Part shown: positions 1 through 8,868 of the stretch, piece after piece | Numbering within the stretch: position 1 is the stretch's first letter | How the letters are laid out: each line of letters starts with the position of its first letter | NCBI GenBank assembly: GCA_038824665.1 | Contig: JAWBBK010000004.1 | Location: forward strand, 46,759-77,768 | DNA from: Acidilobaceae archaeon | GTDB taxonomy: Archaea > Thermoproteota > Thermoprotei_A > Sulfolobales > Acidilobaceae | Reading direction: 5' to 3' | DNA length: 31,010 bases | The notes under the pieces: model-generated | Seen by the model: the letters and a program-made list of their open reading frames with translations, nothing else | Databases searched by the model: none | Told to the model about the DNA's origin: nothing | Program-made: the position numbers and the translations under genes

Positions 1-495
1 GCTTTTAAGAACTAAATTGAGATACCTTCTATAAAGCTCGTCATAAACGTTATCCAAATCAATTACCTTCTTGACTGCATGAGGTTTCCAGGACATGTAT
101 GTAGATATGGCCAACTCTATCATCTCTTTTAACTGAACAAACGCTTGAAGCTCATCTTGGCTTAAAACGTTTGAAAATCCTCCTAGCTGTTCTACTGCTG
201 CTACTATTTCTCTAAAGTATCTGGCTATTCTATAAAGGTCGTACGCAACGTTTATTGAAGTCTCAGCTAAAAGCAAGTCTCTTCCTAGAGGCTGATATCG
301 TATTATGAACACCATAGACTTCCTAGCTATTATATCTTTCATCATTTCCGCTTCTTCAACAGCTTCTTCAACTTCTTCCTTAAGTTCTTTCATGTTGTTA
401 CAACTCAAGATAGTATCATGAATTTCTAAGACATGTTTGTGTAGCCTCCAAATGTCTTCAAGGATCTCCCTACCGGCGCTATCGATCATGGCCAT
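1..495 (-). CDS. phoU: PhoU-family phosphate uptake regulator (3' end outside the window)
   Basis: Hand translation from ATG at 495 (TAATG overlap with the pstB stop): MAMIDSAGREILEDIW...FIIRYQPLGRDLLLAETSINVAYDLYRIARYFREI. The RYQP.G.DL and DL.RI motifs are typical of PhoU. Absent from the ORF track because no stop falls in the window. Confidence 0.85.
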   Translation of the reverse strand, partial: MAMIDSAGREILEDIWRLHKHVLEIHDTILSCNNMKELKEEVEEAVEEAEMMKDIIARKSMVFIIRYQPLGRDLLLAETSINVAYDLYRIARYFREIVAAVEQLGGFSNVLSQDELQAFVQLKEMIELAISTYMSWKPHAVKKVIDLDNVYDELYRRYLNLVLKS

Positions 496-1271
496 TATAC
501 TTCACCTCTTAATATCTTAAACGAAATCTCATGCTTAGGGCTTAAAGCGATCTCTTCTGTAGGTCCCTCTTCAACAACTCTGCCGCCGTACATGATCACC
601 ATGTAGTCAGACACTCTAACTGCTTGATGTGGCATGTGAGTTACGATCGCTATGGTCATTCCCTCGTCTCTTAGTCCTCTTAAAGCCTCTTCTATCTTAA
701 GCGTGTTTACTGGGTCTATGTTGGCTGTGGGCTCGTCCAGCAGAAGAACTTTAGGTTTCATAGCTAGAGCTCTAGCTATACAAAGCCTTTGTTTCTGGCC
801 TCCGCTGAGCTTCCAAGGAGGGTCTCTCAACCTGTCTTTGACTTCGTCCCAGAGCATAGCTTTCTCTAAAGCCCATCTAACCACTCTATCTAGCTCTTCT
901 TTGTTTTTAGCTACTTTATTCACCTTTGCTGGAAGAGCTACATTATCGTATATGCTCATATGGGGAAACGGGTTAGGTTCTTGGAATACCGTTCCTATCA
1001 GCCTCCTAACCTCATAGGGGTCTGATTTATAGACGTTGATTCCTTCAACGTAGACCTCGCCTTCAACTACAGCTCCCTCAACGTAATCTAAAAGTCTGTT
1101 CACAGCTCTTAACAGCGTTGACTTACCGCTACCGCTTGGACCCATGATGGCTGTGATCCTACCTCTAGGAACCTTTATGTTGACGTTGTTGAGTATCTGT
1201 TTCTCCTGGATCCACACGTTGAGATTACGGGTTTCTATGGCTACTCTCGTTTCCAATGCTTCAACCACCAT
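495..1271 (-). CDS. pstB: Phosphate ABC transporter ATP-binding subunit
   Basis: Walker A GPSGSGKST, VFQEPNPFP..SIYDNV, ALEKAMLWDEVKDRL, LSGGQKQRLCIARALA, LLLDEPT. Translationally coupled to phoU. Confidence 0.93.
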   Translation of the reverse strand: MVVEALETRVAIETRNLNVWIQEKQILNNVNIKVPRGRITAIMGPSGSGKSTLLRAVNRLLDYVEGAVVEGEVYVEGINVYKSDPYEVRRLIGTVFQEPNPFPHMSIYDNVALPAKVNKVAKNKEELDRVVRWALEKAMLWDEVKDRLRDPPWKLSGGQKQRLCIARALAMKPKVLLLDEPTANIDPVNTLKIEEALRGLRDEGMTIAIVTHMPHQAVRVSDYMVIMYGGRVVEEGPTEEIALSPKHEISFKILRGEV

Positions 1272-1409
1272 ATAAGCTCTATTACCAACGTTTTATAGCT
1301 TCAATCTAAAAAAGTTGAGTTAGACAAAGATAGGCTACAGTTTCAGTCTAGACTCTACAATGCATATATATAGGCTTGTCCTCAAGCTCCCCCTATCGGT
1401 GTTTAGCTC

Positions 1410-1856
1410 TTGGCTGGACCGGCGCTTGTCAGAGATATAATGAAAACCCCTCTAATAGCACTACACCCTATTCACTCAGTAAGAGAAGCCGCTAAGATCA
1501 TGATGGAGAAGAACATAGGAAGCATAATAGTGATTGATGAAAGAGGAACTCTCCTAGGCATAGTGACGAAAACCGATATCGTCAGACTCGTAGCTAAAGG
1601 AGGAGATGCCGAGAGAACAACTATAGGGGAAATAATGACTAAAAATCCCATCTACGTCTTCGCCGACACTTCTCTTGAAGAAGCAGCCAGAATCATGGGA
1701 TACTATGGGATAGGTCATCTGCCAGTTCTTAACGAAAAGAACAACAAACCCATAGGTATGATATCTAAGAGAGACATACTTCTCTTCGCTCCACATTACA
1801 TCAACCTAGTCTATACGTTAAAGAAAGAGATGGAAGCGTCAGAAAGCAAGAGCTAA
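1410..1856 (+). CDS. Stand-alone CBS-pair (Bateman) domain protein
   Basis: Two CBS repeats (VRDIMKTP...GIVTKTDI; IGEIMTKNP...IGHLPV...GMISKRDI). TTG start, with TATA-like TATATATA at about 1365. Confidence 0.9.
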   Translation: MAGPALVRDIMKTPLIALHPIHSVREAAKIMMEKNIGSIIVIDERGTLLGIVTKTDIVRLVAKGGDAERTTIGEIMTKNPIYVFADTSLEEAARIMGYYGIGHLPVLNEKNNKPIGMISKRDILLFAPHYINLVYTLKKEMEASESKS

Positions 1857-2527
1857 TTGAGCAAAGTACCTACAACTCTTTCTCCTTTTACATAACTCGC
1901 TATGACTGTAGGATCCCTTCCGTTAGTGAAAAAGACCTTAACACCACTCCTTTCGGCTAGCTTTAGAGCGACCATATCGAATAACTCATAAGCTCCAGCT
2001 ACCTGAGGATACGAGGATATCAGCTTCTCCATCTCTTCATAGGATAGACGTTCAAGTAACTTACTGTTTGGCTGTCCTGGAGGAGGATTGTAGACTCCGC
2101 TTACATCAGCCAACAGGTTTAAAACTACGTCCGCCTCCAAAGCTTCGGCTAAGCTGATAGAGACCGCATTAGTGCTTTGACCTGGCTGTAGACCACCCAT
2201 TACCGGTAAGAGTCCCCTTCTGGCTTCCTCAACTGCCTCCTCGATGCTCTCAGGTATTCTAAGCGACGTGTAAGGAGAGAGAGCTAGAGCTATAACGTAG
2301 GCGTTCAGTCTAGACACTTTAATGCCTACAGTATCAAGAAGAGCTTCGGGAACCTTTAGACTCCTCAAAGCTTGAACGTAATCTCTAGTCAGAAGTCCTC
2401 CTCCTACAACAAAAGCCAATCTGACTCTGCTGAGCGATTCTTCAACCGCTCTCCTCATATTTTTAAGCCACTCTGTGTTGACCGGATTCAAAAGTCTTCC
2501 GCTTATTTTAACTACGACCCACCTCAC
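1853..2527 (-). CDS. pyrH: Archaeal uridylate kinase
   Basis: VVVKISG, VVGGG..TRDY, LDTVGIKVSRLNA, MGGLQPGQSTNAV, VSGVYN, FDMVALKLAERS, GTL. Confidence 0.93.
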   Translation of the reverse strand: MRWVVVKISGRLLNPVNTEWLKNMRRAVEESLSRVRLAFVVGGGLLTRDYVQALRSLKVPEALLDTVGIKVSRLNAYVIALALSPYTSLRIPESIEEAVEEARRGLLPVMGGLQPGQSTNAVSISLAEALEADVVLNLLADVSGVYNPPPGQPNSKLLERLSYEEMEKLISSYPQVAGAYELFDMVALKLAERSGVKVFFTNGRDPTVIASYVKGERVVGTLLN

Positions 2528-2754
2528 GAGACCGACCTAATAAAAAGTTTCACGAGAGAGGATATCTATATTGAGGTCCTTCCGAGAGGAGTTCAGAAGC
2601 CTGGTTCTCGTCACTCCTCTGCGCTTTTAACCTTCTCCACAACCCCTCTCGGGTCTCCTTTTCCAGTTTAACGTTCACGCTCTATAAGCCTTCCGCTTTA
2701 AACGGTATCACCGACTTTCCTCCCTCTAGCTTTTTCAAAAACGAAAGATAGAGG

Positions 2755-3012
2755 GTGAACGCAGTGGGAGTTGAAGACCTGATAGCTGCAGCCAATCTGC
2801 TTAAAGGAGTTATACCGAAAGCCGAAGTGGATCTAGGCTTTTACTTCGCTCTCACTGGGCTTTTGATACTAGCAGGACTCTTCATCATTGGAACCGGATT
2901 CTTCTTATACAGAATAGTTTACGTAATAACACATAAAGAAGTAGCGTTCTTCTTAAAGTTCGTGTTCATAATAGGAGTATCGTTAGTTATTCTCTCTCTC
3001 TTGCTACCATAA
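2755..3012 (+). CDS. Small hypothetical membrane protein (2 predicted TM helices)
   Basis: 85-aa ORF with two long hydrophobic runs. GTG start. Fills the gap convergent to atpD. Confidence 0.65.
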   Translation: MNAVGVEDLIAAANLLKGVIPKAEVDLGFYFALTGLLILAGLFIIGTGFFLYRIVYVITHKEVAFFLKFVFIIGVSLVILSLLLP

Positions 3013-3669
3013 CTGTAGTCTCTGAGCTTCTGCCTCTGCTTCCACTTTTTCTCTTACGGACTTTAAGACCTTAAGTCTAACGAAGTCTTCCCTCATCCTC
3101 TCTTCGAGAATGCTCTTCACGTACTTTATAGCTTGAGCGTAGCTAGGAAGGATCACATGGTCTAGAGCGTTTATCAGCCTCTGAGTCTCTTTGAGTTCCT
3201 CTATCAACCTCTTGAGAGCCTGATCGTACTCTGCTAACTTGAGTATATAGGGAACTAGTTCTTTGAGTATCAGAAAGCTCTTTATGAGAGCAGGGTCTGT
3301 ATCTGCAGGAAGGGGGGGCTGCTGAATCGTGCTCTCGTCGACTTTAAACACGGGAGTCTTTACGGCGAAGAGAACTCTTGTGGACACATCGACCGCTACT
3401 GTAGGTTTGACTTGAGCTAGGATCGCTTCAAGTCTTTCTATACGTATAGAGGAGAGTCCGAGATAGTAGTATCTGAAGAGGTCTCCGATCTTTCCGTAGA
3501 CTTCTTTCTGGTATTTGTTGTACTCTTCAGCATAGCTTCTAATAAAGTGAAGAAGTACTTCTCTCTTCTCTTCCATCACTCTCCTTATTCTCTTAAGCGT
3601 CCTCTCTTCTCTTCTGAGCTTAATCAGGTTTATCTTAGTCGGTAATATCCTCCTGGGGTCTACAGCCAA
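3004..3669 (-). CDS. atpD: A/V-type ATP synthase subunit D
   Basis: [10 protein letters not shown]..., [39 protein letters not shown]. Directly downstream of subunit B. Confidence 0.93.
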   Translation of the reverse strand: MAVDPRRILPTKINLIKLRREERTLKRIRRVMEEKREVLLHFIRSYAEEYNKYQKEVYGKIGDLFRYYYLGLSSIRIERLEAILAQVKPTVAVDVSTRVLFAVKTPVFKVDESTIQQPPLPADTDPALIKSFLILKELVPYILKLAEYDQALKRLIEELKETQRLINALDHVILPSYAQAIKYVKSILEERMREDFVRLKVLKSVREKVEAEAEAQRLQLW

Positions 3670-3681
3670 TCTCTGTCAGCC

Positions 3682-5085
3682 TCAGGTTTTTGGTTTCCTT
3701 TTATGTGCAGGATGGTACTTTCTTATGTACTCTTCTCTGATGTTAGTGAGCTCTTCTTCTGGCAATTCTGAGAGAATCTCCCAGGCAAGGTCTAGAGTCT
3801 CTTCTATATCTCTGTTTTCTTTCTCGCCTTGGCTTAAGAACTTTCTCTCGAACAAGTCCGCAAACCTTAAATACTTCCTCTCTATGTCTCCTAAGCTCTC
3901 TTCTCCTATAACTGCAGCTAAGCTCCTGACCTCTACCCCTCTACTGTAAGAAGCGTAGAGCTGGTTGCTTACTTCAGCGTGGTCTTCTCTGGTCTTTCCA
4001 GGTCCTATGCCTTCTTTCATTAATCTTGAAAGACTCATAAGGACGTTTATTGGTGGATATATGCCTTTGTTATGAAGTTCTCTACTTAGCACTATCTGAC
4101 CTTCAGTTATGTAGCCTGTGAGGTCTGGGATGGGATGCGTTATATCGTCGTTAGGCATAGTAAGTATCGGCATTTGAGTTATGCTTCCCTTCCTCCCATG
4201 AACTCTGCCTGCTCTCTCATATATGCTGGCTAAGTCGCTATACATATATCCAGGATAGCCTTGTCTTCCAGGTATCTCACCTCTAGCTGCGCTTATCTCT
4301 CTAAGTGCTTCACAGTAGTTGGTCATGTCTGTGAGTATCACAAGCACGTGCATGTCTCTCTCAAAAGCCAGATACTCAGCTAAGGTCAGAGCAGTTCTAG
4401 GAGTGACGAGTCTCAACATAGGTGGCTCGTTAGCTAAATTGACGAACATGGCTACTCTACTCAAAGCTCCAGTCTCTTCGAAGAATCTCTTGAAGAACTG
4501 AAAGTCGTCGTACTTAACGCCTATAGCTGCAAAGACTACAGCAAACTCCTCTTCTTCTTTTCTCACAGTAGCCTGCCTAGCTATCTGAGCTGCGAGCTTG
4601 TTGTGAGGAAGTCCAGAACCGCTGAAGATCGGAAGCTTTTGGCCTCTAACCAGAGTGTTCATTCCGTCTATAGCTGAAACTCCTGTTTGAATGAAGTCTT
4701 CGGGATAGGCTCTCACTGAAGGGTTTAGAGGAGCTCCATTGATGTCGAGCACGTCTTCAGCTAAAACAGGAGGCTTCCCATCGATAGGCTCTCCTAGAGG
4801 GTTGAATATTCTACCCAACATGTCTTCGCTGACAGGTATCTCGAGAGTTCTCCCTAAGAACTTAACTGTAGTACCAACGCTGGTGATTCCAGTGGTTCCC
4901 TCGAAGACCTGAATTACTGCTGTATCGTGAGTAACCTCTAAGACTCTGCCTCTCCTCTTCTCCCCGTTTTGAAGCTCGATCTCGACGATCTCGTCGTAAG
5001 CGACTCTAGAAACCCCCTTGACGATAATGAGAGGTCCTCTTACCTCGGAGATCCTAGCGTAAGCTCTGACACCTGAGAGCGCCAA
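3682..5085 (-). CDS. atpB: A/V-type ATP synthase subunit B
   Basis: [76 protein letters not shown]. The likely start is TTG at 5085 (purine-rich GAGGGG upstream), not 5118. Confidence 0.97.
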   Translation of the reverse strand: MALSGVRAYARISEVRGPLIIVKGVSRVAYDEIVEIELQNGEKRRGRVLEVTHDTAVIQVFEGTTGITSVGTTVKFLGRTLEIPVSEDMLGRIFNPLGEPIDGKPPVLAEDVLDINGAPLNPSVRAYPEDFIQTGVSAIDGMNTLVRGQKLPIFSGSGLPHNKLAAQIARQATVRKEEEEFAVVFAAIGVKYDDFQFFKRFFEETGALSRVAMFVNLANEPPMLRLVTPRTALTLAEYLAFERDMHVLVILTDMTNYCEALREISAARGEIPGRQGYPGYMYSDLASIYERAGRVHGRKGSITQMPILTMPNDDITHPIPDLTGYITEGQIVLSRELHNKGIYPPINVLMSLSRLMKEGIGPGKTREDHAEVSNQLYASYSRGVEVRSLAAVIGEESLGDIERKYLRFADLFERKFLSQGEKENRDIEETLDLAWEILSELPEEELTNIREEYIRKYHPAHKRKPKT

Positions 5086-5221
5086 AGTCAAGCCCCTCAG
5101 AACTCTCGTTCGAAACAAGAACTTGACTAAGAGGCTATAAGTCTAACAGCAGTTCCTAGACTTACGCTCAAACATTAAAGCTTTCGTCCGCTCCTTCGAG
5201 CCGGAGAAGCCGTTGAGCCGG

Positions 5222-5300
<79 letters not shown>

Positions 5301-5455
5301 TATTGTTCAGTTAGAACTGTCAACATTAGATGAAAACGATGAAAAGGCAGACCTTAAGAGAGTCTCTGAAGTCCTTCTTGTAAGGAGGATAATAACTATA
5401 GCTATGATTCAAATGGAGAAAAAGCTTTAAGGAAGTAGTGTTTGGAGAGCTACGT

Positions 5456-6238
5456 TTAGCGTTCTCCCGCTTGTCTGGTCTTCAAAACCATGTAGGCTAT
5501 AGTGGACGTGGCTCCTAGAGCTACCAAGATCGCGAGGACGCCGACGCTGTACTCTAAGCCCTTCTCTAAAAGAGCAAACATGAGCACCGGTAGCGTTTCT
5601 GTCTCTTCGGGGATCTGACCAGAGACAACAACGGTAGCTCCGAACTCTCCGAGAGCTCTCATATAGGCTATTATAAAGACCGCCAAAAGCCCAGGAGTAG
5701 CTGCAGGTAGAGTTGCTTCTAAGAAAGCCCTTATTCTACTAGCCCCCATAGTCATCAACATCTCTTCAGAAGCCGGATTCACATAGTCGAAGATCTCTTT
5801 AGTGAACATTATTATTATCGGAATCTCTACCGTGAACTGAGCTAAGACTACAGCCTTCAAGGTATAGAGAACTTTAAAAGTCTCATCGATAGGTTTGAAA
5901 GGACCTGCAAAGAGAGCCACAAGCATTATACCAACCCCTACTGGCGGAATCGATAGTAAAGCTAGTCCCAAGAAGCTCACTAAGCTACCTCCAGGTATGA
6001 TCTTTCTTGACATTCCGTAGCCTATAGGTATAGAGATAGCCATTGAGATGATAGCTGCCCAAGCTGCTGCTACCGCGCTGTTGATCGCTGCCATCTGAAA
6101 TCTTCTCTCTCTCGTCATATCCAAGAGCTTGTCTAGATCTAAGTAAAACGACATAGCAACAAATAGGATGAGGAGATACGCTATCAGAGCTATTGCAGAG
6201 AACGTGAAAAGAAGCTCTAGTCTTCTCAAGAACCTCAC
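5456..6238 (-). CDS. ABC transporter permease, ModB/CysT (oxyanion) family
   Basis: Multiple TM segments. PPVGVG, an EAA-like loop (EEMLMTMGASRIRAFLEATLP), RALGEFGATVVVSG.IP..TETLP. Confidence 0.85.
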   Translation of the reverse strand: MRFLRRLELLFTFSAIALIAYLLILFVAMSFYLDLDKLLDMTRERRFQMAAINSAVAAAWAAIISMAISIPIGYGMSRKIIPGGSLVSFLGLALLSIPPVGVGIMLVALFAGPFKPIDETFKVLYTLKAVVLAQFTVEIPIIIMFTKEIFDYVNPASEEMLMTMGASRIRAFLEATLPAATPGLLAVFIIAYMRALGEFGATVVVSGQIPEETETLPVLMFALLEKGLEYSVGVLAILVALGATSTIAYMVLKTRQAGER

Positions 6239-7131
6239 CTACTCTCTAGGTCTATCCCTTTATAGACTTTTGCGTAAGGAGCTAGCTCGCTCAACTTCTC
6301 AGGAGGAATGTAGCCCAGCTTTTCAACCTGCTTCTTTATCTCATCGCTCTTTAAGATCTCCATGAGCTCGTTAGCGAGTTCCTCGTTGGACATATACTTA
6401 GTGATAGCTACGATCATAGGCTGAACGTATCTGTTTAGCTCTTTCTCGATCTCAACTACAGAAACCCCTTTAGGATTGACAACATAGTATGTTCTGAACG
6501 TTATGCCGACATCAGCAGATCCCATTCTAACGTAAGCTACTGCTTTGGAAGCTGTGAAGACATAAACTACTTTGTGACGCTCATGAATCAGCTCCCAAAA
6601 CGTCTTTCCTGAGGCTTCATCTACGATCTCTTCGCAGATAGCTCTTGCTATTTGACCTGTAGCCGTGTAGTCCGGATGTGGTATGGCTATAGTGAGTCCG
6701 CTTTTGTGTAGCGCTAGGTCTCTTAGACCCTCGATCTCATAGGGATTACCTTCTCTCAGGTATATAAGAAGGTCGGCATAGCCAAGGACCACTATTTTGC
6801 TCCTATCGAGAAGCCCGCTGTCTAAAGCCTGTCTGAAAGATTGTCCAGATATTGTGCCATAAACGTCAAAAACGCTAGAAGTGCTGAGCTTGAACCAGAC
6901 TATTCCCGTAGGTCCATAGTCTCTCACAACTCTAATCCTACAGCCTTTTCTCTCTTCTATTCTCTTCTCGAGGATCTCAACGACTTTATCGAGCACGGGT
7001 TGTACGGTTCTGTCAGAACCTATAATCAATTTGCCGCAAGGCTCTTCGCGTATGAATGCATACACAGCAGTGACAAACATTAACAAAATCAGAGGGATCG
7101 CTACTAGAGCTGATGTACGTCCTAACCTCAT
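6235..7131 (-). CDS. ABC substrate-binding protein, ModA-like (divergent)
   Basis: N-terminal signal/anchor. GNPYEIEGLRDL, IAIPHP...ATG..A, AYVRMGSADVGI. In an operon with the permease and ATPase. Confidence 0.75.
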   Translation of the reverse strand: MRLGRTSALVAIPLILLMFVTAVYAFIREEPCGKLIIGSDRTVQPVLDKVVEILEKRIEERKGCRIRVVRDYGPTGIVWFKLSTSSVFDVYGTISGQSFRQALDSGLLDRSKIVVLGYADLLIYLREGNPYEIEGLRDLALHKSGLTIAIPHPDYTATGQIARAICEEIVDEASGKTFWELIHERHKVVYVFTASKAVAYVRMGSADVGITFRTYYVVNPKGVSVVEIEKELNRYVQPMIVAITKYMSNEELANELMEILKSDEIKKQVEKLGYIPPEKLSELAPYAKVYKGIDLESR

Positions 7132-7137
7132 TTCAAC

Positions 7138-8175
7138 TTACCTCATGAGCTTTTTGTCTTCTCCGAAGCAGATAACGTCCTTGAAAGAGAGCTTTACGCG
7201 AACGCCTGTAGCTAGTTCTTGCACATTAGGCAGACGAGTAGCTATGATCGATCCTTGAGTTTTTACATAAGCTACTACAAAGCCCGTTTCTGGAACTATT
7301 CTTTCCAGCACTCCCTCAACTTCTCCGTCGTCAGATATCTCAACGCTGTCGGGTCTAATCCAAGCGTATCTCGCTTTGGAACCACAAAAGCTGATTAAGG
7401 TCTTTGAGAGTTCGCTAAAGCCGTTTAGGTCCACTATGTTCGTAGTGTAGAAGTCTAAACCTAGCAGAACTTCGAGCGAGTGAGGTCTAGAAATCAGAGA
7501 GTTGAGAGAACCGCTAGCTATTATCCTACCATCGTAGAGAACCCCGGCTTCGGCGTCGCTTCCAAAGAGAAAGGAGTCCGTTACTCTAGGCGTTGTGACC
7601 ACTACGATTATATCTTCCTCTTTGGCTAGCCTAGAGATCTCAGCTGATATCTCGAGAGTCCACGACTTAGATAAGTGAGCTAAAGGCTCGTCAAAGAGAG
7701 CTACTCTAGGCTTAGCCAAGACTACAGCCGCTAATCCTACTCTCTGTCTCTCTCCCTGGCTCAGTTGGTGTGGAAACCTGTTCAGAAGGCTCTCTATATC
7801 GTAGCGCTTAGCTATCTCCATTATTTCCTGCTCGAGGTCACTAGAGCCCTTAAGCTTGGCTATAGACTCTAGAGTCTGCTTAACGGTCTTGCCTTCGATC
7901 AGAGGAAAGGGAGTAGGAGCATAGACGAACCTCCTTACCCATGGAGGCTTGTCAGTGTAGTCTACTCCTTCGAAACGTATTCTCCCGCTTTCTGGCTTCA
8001 AAAGTCCAGCTATGACTTTAAGCAGAGTAGTCTTTCCAGAGCCGTTTCTTCCGATCAAAACGTATGTCTTCTTTTCACAATGTTTGAAAGAAACCCCTTT
8101 TAGAACTCTCTTCTCTTTGAAGCTCAACACCAGGTCTTCAACTTCCAAACATCTCTCTCCTGTAAACATATTCAT
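7138..8175 (-). CDS. ABC ATP-binding subunit, ModC/CysA-like, with C-terminal TOBE-like region; atypical Q-loop and H-switch
   Basis: GRNGSGKTT, LSQGERQRV, LFDEPLAHL, IRPDSV. First gene of the three-gene operon. Confidence 0.85.
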   Translation of the reverse strand: MNMFTGERCLEVEDLVLSFKEKRVLKGVSFKHCEKKTYVLIGRNGSGKTTLLKVIAGLLKPESGRIRFEGVDYTDKPPWVRRFVYAPTPFPLIEGKTVKQTLESIAKLKGSSDLEQEIMEIAKRYDIESLLNRFPHQLSQGERQRVGLAAVVLAKPRVALFDEPLAHLSKSWTLEISAEISRLAKEEDIIVVVTTPRVTDSFLFGSDAEAGVLYDGRIIASGSLNSLISRPHSLEVLLGLDFYTTNIVDLNGFSELSKTLISFCGSKARYAWIRPDSVEISDDGEVEGVLERIVPETGFVVAYVKTQGSIIATRLPNVQELATGVRVKLSFKDVICFGEDKKLMR

Positions 8176-8186
8176 TTACGCCACTG

Positions 8187-8225
8187 GTTCAAAATTTGAA
8201 GTTGTCTTCCCTCTACAATTTGAAC
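8187..8225. promoter_or_regulatory. Candidate operator in the modC/tfx divergent region
   Basis: Perfect palindrome TTCAAA-A-TTTGAA (8188-8200) plus a second AATTTGAAC half-site at 8217-8225. Confidence 0.45.
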
Positions 8226-8284
8226 TGATGGTTATGGAAACATTTATACTTTTGTTATACGAATCTCATTTACGGGAGAGAGAA

Positions 8285-8737
8285 CTGGAGTTCACTAAAA
8301 GACAAGCCGAAGTCCTAAAGCTGAGGTCTATGGGACTAACACAAAGAGAGGTCGCAAAAGCTTTGGGTACAACTAGAGAGAACGTAGCTATGTTGGAGAA
8401 AAGAGCTCTTGAGAACGCAGAGAAAGCTTTAAAGGTCTTCAGAAACTACTTGAAAGCTTTATCCTCGTTCTCAGAGATTTTCGCTAGAGGAGAGAACATA
8501 GAAGAAGCTTCTAAAAAAGTTTTTAGAAAAGGGAACGAAGTAGGAATCAAAATAAAGCCCACTCAGCCTCAGCTAGCGGAGGTCTTGAGGATCTTAGGAG
8601 ACGGCAAAACTGTTTTGACTAGACCTCTAGAGGTCTTTGTGTTAAAAGACGGAAGCGTAGTGGTCCTTCCAGCTGACGCTAGAAGCCTGAGGTCAACGAG
8701 CTTATCTAGAAGAAGTGGTGGGCCCGCGGGGACTTGA
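8285..8737 (+). CDS. tfx: Tfx-family DNA-binding protein
   Basis: FTKRQAEVLKLRSMGLTQREVAKALGTTRENVAMLEKRALENAEKA HTH, then ARGEN....K.VF..GNEVGIKI. Start uncertain (CTG 8285 preferred, ATG 8228/8234 possible). The 8012 start overlaps modC and is unlikely. Confidence 0.85.
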   Translation: MEFTKRQAEVLKLRSMGLTQREVAKALGTTRENVAMLEKRALENAEKALKVFRNYLKALSSFSEIFARGENIEEASKKVFRKGNEVGIKIKPTQPQLAEVLRILGDGKTVLTRPLEVFVLKDGSVVVLPADARSLRSTSLSRRSGGPAGT

Positions 8738-8792
8738 ACCCCGGACCTCCGCCGTGTCAGGGCGGCGTCCTACCAGGCTAGACGACGGGCCC
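8716..8792 (-). tRNA. tRNA-Val (anticodon GAC), CCA encoded, no intron
   Basis: Reverse complement: GGGCCCG..CCGCC-CT GAC AC-GGCGG..CGGGG-TTCAAGT-CCCCG-CGGGCCC-ACCA. Confidence 0.97.
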
Positions 8793-8868
8793 TGAGTCGC
8801 TCTTATACTAAGAGGGTCTAATAAACCTTTGTTGCTCACTCGTAGGTCCTGGCTTTAGGGAGTAAAGC

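Noticed and set aside
2530-2750. Purine-rich minus-strand 42-codon frame (MNVKLEKETREGLWRR...) upstream of pyrH
   Set aside because: Short, with no recognisable motif or clear SD. It may be gene debris but cannot be supported.
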